Below, piece by piece: positions 1 through 7,238 of a stretch of 15,983 nt of DNA; position 1 is the stretch's first letter, and every line of letters starts with the position of its first letter. Position numbers and translations under genes: made by a program. Source of the DNA: an uncultured archaeon (lineage in GTDB: Archaea > Asgardarchaeota > Thorarchaeia > Thorarchaeales > CAZPUN01). The notes under the pieces are model-generated. The model saw only the letters and a list, made by a program, of their open reading frames with translations, was not told the origin of the DNA and did no database searches. The DNA lies in assembly GCA_964589775.1 (NCBI GenBank), contig CAZPUN010000025.1, forward strand, positions 1 through 15,983, read 5' to 3'.

Positions 1-2
1 CA

Positions 3-47
3 ATTATAAAAGAACAAGAGATCCTCGCAAAATCAGATGCCGCATAA
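3..47 (+). CDS. 3' end of an upstream gene truncated by the window edge (...IIKEQEILAKSDAA*)
   Basis: Open frame from 3 to TAA 45-47, followed by a hairpin and T-tract; only 14 codons are visible. Confidence 0.45.
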   Translation: MIKEQEILAKSDAA

Positions 48-68
48 TGCGGCAAAAAACTCTTTTTT
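38..68 (+). terminator. Hairpin plus oligo-T terminator-like element
   Basis: Perfect 7-bp inverted repeat TGCCGCA(38-44)-TAA-TGCGGCA(48-54), then an A-run and a TCTTTTTTT tract. Confidence 0.5.
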
Positions 69-80
69 TGGTGCGTTTAA

Positions 81-335
81 ATGGAGACCAATAAAGAATA
101 CGAAAAAATAATTGAACAAGCTAGAGAGAACAACGATAAATCTTGGTTAATACCCTTAGAAATTGCAAAGGCATTAAATGTAAATATCATATCGCTCATT
201 GATGAACTTCGGTGGTCCCCAGTTTTAAATCCAGATAAAATAAAAGAAAATGAAGAATTAATTAAGCGAATTAGACCTATAATTAAAGAGATATATTTAA
301 GGGCAAACACACTAAAAACGCTGTTACTCGATTGA
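81..335 (+). CDS. Small hypothetical alpha-helical protein (84 aa)
   Basis: ATG preceded by GGTG; charged, amphipathic composition; ends 2 nt from the convergent nitrilase stop. Confidence 0.7.
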   Translation: METNKEYEKIIEQARENNDKSWLIPLEIAKALNVNIISLIDELRWSPVLNPDKIKENEELIKRIRPIIKEIYLRANTLKTLLLD

Positions 336-337
336 AC

Positions 338-1135
338 TTATTCAATTAGCCGTTTATACAGGTCGGGTATTCGATCTTTTAATAAATCATTATTTTTCGT
401 AATTTTTTTATTTCGAGCAAGATACAAACCGAGATCCGCATAGATTATGCATTCACGATCTTCTGAAGCGCGAGAAATAATATTACCTTTGACATCGATA
501 ATTTGAGAACGTCCAGTAAATACAAGACCCCGCTCCTCACCAATTCTATTCGCTGTGATTGTAAATACATGATTTTCAAGAGCGCGAACACGCATGGCAA
601 ACTGCCCATATGGTAGAACCAAGTTTGCAGGATGCACAATTAAGTCCGCACCATCTAATGCAAGAATTCGTGCCACTTCTGGAAATGCCCAATCAAAACA
701 GATCATCATTCCAATTTTATAAGAACCCACACTAAAAACTTTGGGAGGTTCTGTACCTCTCTCAAAGATGAGCTTTTCATTATCAAAAAGATGTATTTTC
801 CGATAAGTTCCGATCCAACCATCGGGTCCTACGAGTATTGCGCTATTATAATAAGATTCATCAAATGCTTCTGCAATCCCAGAAACAATAAAAACATCAT
901 ATTTCTTCGCCAAATCAATAAGAGTTGTAGAATATTTTCCATTAGGAATTTCTTCAGCAAATTTTTCAACTTCTTTGGGAGATAAATTATATCCGGTATT
1001 TGCTAATTCTGGTAAAACAATTAATTTTGCTTTATTTTCTACTGCAGTCTCAATTAAACGAGATATCGTTTCAATATTATGATCTATCTCACCAATTTTT
1101 GGATAAAATTGTATTGCAGAGACTATCATATTCAT
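338..1135 (-). CDS. Carbon-nitrogen hydrolase (nitrilase superfamily, PH0642-like amidase)
   Basis: Glu-Lys-Cys triad motifs LPELANTGY, YRKIHLF and ICFDWAFPE; HPANLVLP and RALEN..ANRIGEE. Start probably ATG 1135 or 1129 (family begins xxSAIQF) rather than 1165. Confidence 0.93.
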   Translation of the reverse strand: MNMIVSAIQFYPKIGEIDHNIETISRLIETAVENKAKLIVLPELANTGYNLSPKEVEKFAEEIPNGKYSTTLIDLAKKYDVFIVSGIAEAFDESYYNSAILVGPDGWIGTYRKIHLFDNEKLIFERGTEPPKVFSVGSYKIGMMICFDWAFPEVARILALDGADLIVHPANLVLPYGQFAMRVRALENHVFTITANRIGEERGLVFTGRSQIIDVKGNIISRASEDRECIIYADLGLYLARNKKITKNNDLLKDRIPDLYKRLIE

Positions 1136-1139
1136 GACT

Positions 1140-1345
1140 ATCGCCAAAGGTATTACAACTGACATATTTCTCGCTTTAAGATGCGAGGATTCGGTTCTGT
1201 ATATAGACTATCCGAAGATAGCTATTTCGCGCATATACTCGCCATACCCGACGAGGAGTTTTGATTATAGCTCTAAATTTTTGAGGAGCGTTTCGGATGC
1301 GGCGTGCTCAAGTCGCAACGCATTCTAAATTCGCAAATTGCTTGA
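1140..1345. ncRNA. Candidate structured RNA / cis-regulatory leader or palindromic element of unknown family
   Basis: GC 55/120 over 1201-1320 versus 25/120 in intergenic 8281-8400. Several stems, including CTATC-TTCG-GATAG on the minus strand (1208-1221). No convincing ORF. Confidence 0.4.
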
Positions 1346-1451
1346 TTATGCTATATCCTTACACGTTTATTAACTTTTAGGCGATTTATCACCACTTTAA
1401 AAAGCAAGGCTTTTTCACAGCTTGTTCGTAAAGTCTCATTTCTTTCTGAAA

Positions 1452-1472
1452 TCAAAATAAAAAAAGAAAAGG
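1452..1472 (-). terminator. Oligo-U terminator of the membrane protein gene
   Basis: Minus-strand CCTTTTCTTTTTTTATTTT about 10 nt after the stop at 1482. Confidence 0.55.
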
Positions 1473-1481
1473 TATGTATTG

Positions 1482-2120
1482 CTATAAGAATAGAAACGGT
1501 GCCGTAATTACGTAATAACCAGTTAAAATTGCAATACCTACACCAATTGATAGAAGACCAAGCACCATAGACACAGGATTTGATGCGAAGATCTTGCCGA
1601 TTAAGGTCATAAGACCGAGAATCAATGCACTAATCGCATAAACCACAGCAGCAATTACAAAGAATACAATTAACATATACTTTAGTTCCATGTAATCGGC
1701 TAGAAATGCGAACATCGGATTTTCTGCGTAGGCACCAAGTAAATTATAGACTATTACGGTACCATAGACACCTACAGAAATTGCAAGGATGATAGCAAGT
1801 GGAAACTTTGAGAGGACTCTCATAACAAGTGAGAACCCAACAGCTATAAGGGAAAGCCACATAAGCATGTTGTCAGGTGCTACACGAAAGACATTATATG
1901 CAAGCAATAGATCTACAATACCAATAAAGAATCCAAAATATGTGCCAAGATGAATGAGACCTTTTATTAACCATCCAACAAGAGGAATAGTGCTTGTAAT
2001 CTTTTCAAATAGCCATGCAGCGGCTACAATTCCAGATATAATGAAAACCCATGGCAGTACTTCAGGAGTGCTTAGCCAAGCGAGGTACTGATGAATGGGT
2101 ATGTCAAACGGCATTTGCAT
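1482..2120 (-). CDS. Hypothetical polytopic membrane protein (about 6-7 TM segments)
   Basis: Almost entirely hydrophobic segments; strong GAGGTGAGG RBS upstream of ATG 2120. Confidence 0.85.
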   Translation of the reverse strand: MQMPFDIPIHQYLAWLSTPEVLPWVFIISGIVAAAWLFEKITSTIPLVGWLIKGLIHLGTYFGFFIGIVDLLLAYNVFRVAPDNMLMWLSLIAVGFSLVMRVLSKFPLAIILAISVGVYGTVIVYNLLGAYAENPMFAFLADYMELKYMLIVFFVIAAVVYAISALILGLMTLIGKIFASNPVSMVLGLLSIGVGIAILTGYYVITAPFLFL

Positions 2121-2175
2121 TTTTAAAACCTCACCTCTACATAAAATAAATATAGAAATGGACTTATAAAAGCTT

Positions 2176-3705
2176 TCAGTGAAAATTTAGTCCTATCGTC
2201 ATGTTACTGATTATACCGAGAATTATAATATAGATCAAAAAGCCAACAAGCCCACTAAGTATTGGATGACGACTGCCCACCATTTTTGAAGACCCATAGG
2301 AAGAGTAAAAGCTCACAATTCCCATTGAGATTATCAATGGCCACATATCGGAAAAACTAGGAATGTGAGGCAATGTGAATTCGCCAAAACCTCCAAAAAA
2401 TATGCCATTCATAGATAGGAACGGTGCGAGCCCAACAGTAATTCCGATTACTGCCGCACTTGTTTTCGACAAGACTTCTATTTTTATTCCTTGTGCCTCA
2501 ATGATATTTCGCTTTTCTTCCGTAAATTCATTCCGAATAGCAATTTGCTTGGAAATACGCATTAGAAATATAGGAGCTTCGATAGGATTCGTTTCACTCA
2601 TAATATATGCGATCTTTAATAATATTTTACCACGCAATGTTTTTGTATTCTCAATTAGTTTCTCAATTGCCTCTTTATACGTGTACATATCCGAATAAAT
2701 TGGACTAAACGCCTTAATAATCCGCTCGCGAAGCTTGGGCTCTGCATATTGTGCTGATTCAAACATTGCATTTTCAGGAGAACCATGAATTCGTAACATG
2801 CCTGCAAAAACAACAATAAAATCTGTGATTGCTTTAATTTCGTTCACTTCATCCTTTAGAGGTAACCAAGCTGTTGATTTTCCTCGGGCAGAAAATAGAT
2901 TCCCTGAAACTCTTTTAATGAGAAATCTGACAAGTATTATGTAAATTATGAGCGCAATAAAAGGTATGAAACTCGTTGAATATCCTTCCATCGCTAAAAC
3001 AATAACAAGAAATATGGGGATATATGTCAAAATCATCGCAATAATTAGGAGACGACTCTCAAGCTCCATATTCAACTTTCGAAGCGCGGAATTAATTTCA
3101 GAAGACCCTTCAAAAGAAAATTGCGATAATTGCTTGGGATCGTGCTCTAATGCCAAAATCATATTAAGCCTACGACGTAGATCTGATGAAGGCTGAGTAT
3201 CAGCAAACTCCTTCAATGCCGTTTCTGGAGGGATTTCTTCCGCATTAACCCGTTGAATTATTTCAATAAAGCGTTCAGAAATCTGAGGAATATTTGCATT
3301 TGCAATCTCTTCAATAGCTTGAAAAATAGAGTTTGTAGTCACAAGTATCAATGAAAATAGTTCATAAACAAGATCCGCAATTTCCGAAAAAACAAGCTTA
3401 GTTTCTTTCATTTTAGACGGCAGATAGGTGTATGTGAGGTATAATGCAAGATAGCCAAATAGCATAGAAGACGGAATAGCAATCAATGGGCCAAGTCTAA
3501 ATAACAAGACAAATAATGAAATAAAGGCAACTATAAACGCCATAATTGCACCAGAGCTTACATCATTGGGCGATACGCCATATTTTTGAGAATAATATTT
3601 ACATGCAGTATCAACTTCGTCATCTTGAAGCTTTTTTGCAATACTACGAATTCCTGGGATTTTCCCAGATACCCTACACCACTTTCCATATAACAATTCA
3701 ATCAA
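2176..3705 (-). CDS. Type II secretion F / TadC (ArlJ/PilC-like) membrane platform protein
   Basis: Two repeats of a cytoplasmic helical domain followed by TM bundles (SIFQAIEEIA..ISERFIEII..PPETALKEFA; GSPENAM..YKEAIEKL), the archaeal TadC architecture; TTG start. Confidence 0.75.
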   Translation of the reverse strand: MIELLYGKWCRVSGKIPGIRSIAKKLQDDEVDTACKYYSQKYGVSPNDVSSGAIMAFIVAFISLFVLLFRLGPLIAIPSSMLFGYLALYLTYTYLPSKMKETKLVFSEIADLVYELFSLILVTTNSIFQAIEEIANANIPQISERFIEIIQRVNAEEIPPETALKEFADTQPSSDLRRRLNMILALEHDPKQLSQFSFEGSSEINSALRKLNMELESRLLIIAMILTYIPIFLVIVLAMEGYSTSFIPFIALIIYIILVRFLIKRVSGNLFSARGKSTAWLPLKDEVNEIKAITDFIVVFAGMLRIHGSPENAMFESAQYAEPKLRERIIKAFSPIYSDMYTYKEAIEKLIENTKTLRGKILLKIAYIMSETNPIEAPIFLMRISKQIAIRNEFTEEKRNIIEAQGIKIEVLSKTSAAVIGITVGLAPFLSMNGIFFGGFGEFTLPHIPSFSDMWPLIISMGIVSFYSSYGSSKMVGSRHPILSGLVGFLIYIIILGIISNMTIGLNFH

Positions 3706-3761
3706 CTACTATCTTGCTTTCACTTGAAATTAAAACAAATGAATATAAAAACTCAATCCAT

Positions 3762-3846
3762 AAAAAGACGAAAAAAGAGAATGAATATATAAGGGGGATG
3801 GCGAGTGGTGCCATCCGGGAAGAAGATCCCATGGATTTTACCATGG
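3762..3846 (-). promoter_or_regulatory. Three adjacent/overlapping hairpins followed by U-tracts (terminator/attenuator-like)
   Basis: CCATGG-N6-CCATGG (3829-3846), GGGA-N6-TCCC (3817-3830) and GGATGGC-N7-GCCATCC (3796-3816), then minus-strand TCTCTTTTTTCGTCTTTTT (3762-3780). Confidence 0.55.
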
Positions 3847-3879
3847 AAAGTCGGGTGGGTCATTGGGTGGAGAGTACAT
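3838..3879 (-). CDS. Unannotated 13-aa Pro-rich micropeptide MYSPPNDPPDFPW (candidate leader/arrest peptide)
   Basis: AGGTGA RBS (3888-3893) 8 nt before ATG 3879, the same RBS type as the genes at 2120, 4626 and 8505; TAA at 3838-3840; GC-rich island. Confidence 0.6.
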   Translation of the reverse strand: MYSPPNDPPDFPW

Positions 3880-4048
3880 TTTTGATTTCACCTTTTATTG
3901 TGGGTCATACATTAATGCCAAACTTTCCTATTTATTCAGCACACAATAAAATTTCAAAAAACGAGCAGTAAAAATGAAATAAAATAATAAAATGGTATAA
4001 AAAATACGAGAATATTATCGGGGTGCTTTTATAGAGTTTTAGTGATTA

Positions 4049-4534
4049 TTAAGATATTTCTTCATTCTGATAAATTCCGGTATAAGTTTTAGAAACTTCC
4101 TCGGATTTTACAAAAGTGATTTGACCTATCCGTGCATTTTGCTTTATTCGAATGCCATATGGGTTGTGCACTACAAGCATGCCTACGCCACGTCCTTTAT
4201 ATCCCGAATCCCAGAGCGCCGAAAATATAATTGCACCACTGCGCATTAATGACGAACGCGGTAATAAAAGCCCAACAAATCCAGAAGGAATTTCTACAAC
4301 TTCATTATATCTAACAAGATAAGCGCCTTGCTTTAACTCATACCAATTGTTTTGCGGCTCAAGATCCATATAATCAGGTAGATGTCGTTCTGAATTATCA
4401 AAATCAATCTGGCCCGTATTTGCAAAAGCCATAATTTTCCCAACTGTTAAATCAACGCCATTTGGTTGTACTTGTTTTGATTGATCAATGAAATCACTAA
4501 TGAACGATATAATTTTATTACCTGCCATAAACAT
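4049..4534 (-). CDS. dut: Archaeal dUTP diphosphatase (trimeric dUTPase / dCTP deaminase superfamily)
   Basis: QPNGVDL, PRSSLMRSG, WDSGYKG, RIGQ and C-terminal Y.G.YQ motifs; 161 aa. Confidence 0.85.
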   Translation of the reverse strand: MFMAGNKIISFISDFIDQSKQVQPNGVDLTVGKIMAFANTGQIDFDNSERHLPDYMDLEPQNNWYELKQGAYLVRYNEVVEIPSGFVGLLLPRSSLMRSGAIIFSALWDSGYKGRGVGMLVVHNPYGIRIKQNARIGQITFVKSEEVSKTYTGIYQNEEIS

Positions 4535-4625
4535 AAGTCATCACATTTTCCAATCATATACTGACAAATATAGAAGTTTTTAAAGAATATAAATACAGAT
4601 ATTTTAAGTGAATAGGTGAAAAATA

Positions 4626-5492
4626 ATGAACGGGACAGTATATAGCTTTAGGATTACACAAGAAGATTTTGAAATATGGGAAGCTCTTGAGAAAGACCCT
4701 GAGTTATATCATATTCCTCAAGCGGACTTGACAAAAATCCGTACGAAATTAAATGAACCAAATTATTGGTTTTATGTGTCCCGTTCGGATAATAAAAATG
4801 TCGCTGGAACAATAGTTCATTTAGTGCCAGAGACAAAATCGGCTATTGTCGATAGGATAATTTTGCCAAAGAATAATTTAGAAATCGGTAAAGTAACTAT
4901 TCGGGGGTCACTTCCATGGTTCGGCACTAAACAGCTTCAGAGTATCAATGCAATAGTTCTTGAAGAAAATACATTTGATTTCGATTATCCTACACATATT
5001 GTAATCCCGAAATTCACAAAGCCATTCTTATTATCACAAGGATTTGTAGAACAAAATACACTATATTTTGTTGAATTAAATGTACAAAATAAGGCAACAG
5101 AAACAAACTCATATTTTGAAGATATTTCAGAAGATGATCTTGATTTATTACAATTGAAGATAAAGCGGAAAAAATATCCATTTGAAATAATCGGAATAGC
5201 AGGTCTAACATATGAATCGTCGAAAACCCATACATTGTATAGAATTAATGAGGATACATTAGGAGTATTTGCAGTCAGAAAGGACACACCATGGATAATT
5301 GAATTCGCAACACCCATGAATGAACAATTCGCAAAAGATGTCGTGAATACGCTTATTCATTATGGTGAAACAAATGGGTTCCAAAAATTAGTAATTACAT
5401 ACGTAAGCAATAAAGATTCTGCAATGATCCAGCAATTACAACAACTTGAAGCAAAAATTATACCAACACAATGGCTTAAAAAAGAGTTATAA
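4626..5492 (+). CDS. Hypothetical protein, probable degenerate tandem GNAT fold
   Basis: AGGTGA RBS. Two repeats of a GNAT-like strand/helix pattern (FYV..VAG..AIVDRII..IGK..FLLSQGF; LGVFAV..WIIEF..FAKDVVNTLIHYG..MIQQLQQL). Confidence 0.6.
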   Translation: MNGTVYSFRITQEDFEIWEALEKDPELYHIPQADLTKIRTKLNEPNYWFYVSRSDNKNVAGTIVHLVPETKSAIVDRIILPKNNLEIGKVTIRGSLPWFGTKQLQSINAIVLEENTFDFDYPTHIVIPKFTKPFLLSQGFVEQNTLYFVELNVQNKATETNSYFEDISEDDLDLLQLKIKRKKYPFEIIGIAGLTYESSKTHTLYRINEDTLGVFAVRKDTPWIIEFATPMNEQFAKDVVNTLIHYGETNGFQKLVITYVSNKDSAMIQQLQQLEAKIIPTQWLKKEL

Positions 5493-5572
5493 TAAAGAAT
5501 ATGATAGAATAATTCAGATATTTTAATGAAAAACATAATGCTAAAAATGAATAATATTTTTTGTCTGAAAAC

Positions 5573-6616
5573 ATGGGGCGCAAAGATTTGAATAAAATAC
5601 GCATACACGAATACAATGGTGGATTCATATTAGAGCGAGATGAGACAAAAATCGGGTTGGATTCCTGCCCAGATTCAGGAATTGCTCTAATTAGTCATTC
5701 ACATATGGATCATGTTGCAGGATTTTCCGGAAAATGTACAAAATATGCCACACCAGAAACTGTGAAAACCTTTAAGGCACGCAACAGGCGAAAAAAGCTG
5801 GATATAACTGAAGTTGAGATTGGAGATGTTATCGAGTTTAAAGATACAGTCATAGAAGTTCTTAATGCAGGCCATGTATTAGGCTCCACAATGTTCAGGA
5901 TTATTTTTGATGATGGCAAATCGGTACTATATACAGGAGATTTTAACATTGTGGATAGTTTAGTGCACAAGGGCGCAAGACCTGTTGAAGCTGATATTTT
6001 AGTTCTTGATGCGACTTACGGACGCCCGGAATACGTATTTCCAGAGAGACACCATATATACTCAGAGATAATTCAAACCGTTGAAAGCATATTAGAACGA
6101 GGGCTCATACCCATGTTTAAGGCATATTCATTGGGAAAGTCTCAAGAGATTATAGCACTACTAAATCATATAGGAATCCCGGTTGTTACAGGAAACAAAA
6201 CGATAGATAAAGTAAATGAAGTTTATATTGAATCTGGAATTGATTTAGAATACATAGCTCTTGAAGAAAGCGAGCATTTACTTCATGGAGATTCAGCAAT
6301 CGTAGTGGCAAATACAAATTCAATGCACCAGCGAATTCGCAGACTTTTTGGAAGTGATGTTAGCTTAAACGTACGAGGAAAATCTGTTTTATTGGATCTT
6401 ACAGGCTGGAGCCTATTGAATTCACAATATGGAACACAAGGATTTCCATTATCGGCGCATACAGATTTTCCCGGACTTATTGAATTCACACGTGAAGTAT
6501 CACCAGAAATAGTTTATCCATTTACGGAAAACGCATATATATTTGCGAAAATACTACAACATAGAGGAATTAAAAATAAGCCATTACATTTTGGAGGTGG
6601 CGATTTTGTTCAATGA
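5573..6616 (+). CDS. Beta-CASP metallo-beta-lactamase nuclease (short archaeal aCPSF2/SNM1-like type)
   Basis: HSHMDH, AGHVLGS, YTGDF, DATYG, YSLGKSQE and SAHTD motifs; start ATG 5573 or TTG 5561. Confidence 0.9.
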   Translation: MGRKDLNKIRIHEYNGGFILERDETKIGLDSCPDSGIALISHSHMDHVAGFSGKCTKYATPETVKTFKARNRRKKLDITEVEIGDVIEFKDTVIEVLNAGHVLGSTMFRIIFDDGKSVLYTGDFNIVDSLVHKGARPVEADILVLDATYGRPEYVFPERHHIYSEIIQTVESILERGLIPMFKAYSLGKSQEIIALLNHIGIPVVTGNKTIDKVNEVYIESGIDLEYIALEESEHLLHGDSAIVVANTNSMHQRIRRLFGSDVSLNVRGKSVLLDLTGWSLLNSQYGTQGFPLSAHTDFPGLIEFTREVSPEIVYPFTENAYIFAKILQHRGIKNKPLHFGGGDFVQ

Positions 6617-7163
6617 CATTTTTGATGAAGATGAAGATGATGAGGAATATGAAATTGTTCCAATACATGCAGAAGCATTCTTTTCAGTTTCAAAAACAGG
6701 AGAAATCCATCAAAGGCTTATTTTTGATTATGATGATCCTGATGAGTACTACTATTCAATAATAGATGATGAAATGAAACTTGCAGATGAATTAGGGAAA
6801 GTTTCGGCAAATATGCAAGATTTCCTCGATGATGAAACTGTAATTATAAATAAAATTAAGGTTAGACCGAAAGTAATTTTCTGTGACATAATTCATCGTG
6901 GAAAACCAGAGATCCCATCAATTACATTTGTTATTGAATTTAAAGGAACTTTCTTTGAAGGAAAGAACCTGATAGACACATATACTGATGAAGAATATGC
7001 GCCCTATGATTTTGAAGTCGTTTGGAAATTCCCGGAAGGTTCAGAGATCATAGACGTAGATACACCATTACATTATGAGATCGATGGCACAATTCTTTAT
7101 CTCTGGGCATATGAAGGCGAAAAAGTAGGAGGACGCGAAAAAATCGCTTTTTCATTAAAATGA
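6606..7163 (+). CDS. Highly acidic hypothetical protein (185 aa)
   Basis: GGAGGTGG RBS before TTG 6606, overlapping the nuclease stop by 11 nt; 45 D/E versus 17 K/R by hand count; T-tract after the stop. Confidence 0.8.
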   Translation: MFNDIFDEDEDDEEYEIVPIHAEAFFSVSKTGEIHQRLIFDYDDPDEYYYSIIDDEMKLADELGKVSANMQDFLDDETVIINKIKVRPKVIFCDIIHRGKPEIPSITFVIEFKGTFFEGKNLIDTYTDEEYAPYDFEVVWKFPEGSEIIDVDTPLHYEIDGTILYLWAYEGEKVGGREKIAFSLK

Positions 7164-7238
7164 TTTGACTACTTTTTTTACATTTTACCACACATGTGCA
7201 ATTTAATTTTTTAGATTCTTGAACTTATTTTTATCCGA

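Noticed and set aside
1185-1300. RNase P RNA or group II intron domain V (ACAGAACC, AAACUCC, CGGTTCTGT fragments)
   Set aside because: Lacks GAGGAAAGUCC and the GGCUUA P4 partner, and lacks the AGC/CGC-triad domain V hairpin.
1134-1328. 64-aa plus-strand ORF over the GC island
   Set aside because: Head-to-head with the nitrilase start, leaving no room for a promoter or RBS; no recognisable protein features.
1176-1358. Minus-strand frame ...LECVAT-TGA-ARRIRN... as a selenoprotein
   Set aside because: No ATG/GTG/TTG start after the upstream TAA, spacing is CxxxU rather than CxxU, and no selenoprotein similarity or SECIS was recognised.
3845-3870. Plus-strand GGAAAGTCGGG as RNase P CR-I, or GGGTGGG runs as a G-quadruplex
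   Set aside because: No other RNase P regions are present; there are only three G3 runs, which are explained as the antisense of CCA-CCC proline codons.
3753-3908. Alternative minus frame MTHNKR-TGA-NQKC...MTHPTFHG... as TGA read-through
   Set aside because: The TGA is part of the AGGTGA RBS of the 13-aa ORF; neither ATG has a good RBS and there is no Sec context.
3546-3971. 141-aa plus-strand ORF
   Set aside because: Overlaps the tadC-like gene in antisense, has no RBS, and is better explained as a shadow of the minus-strand elements.
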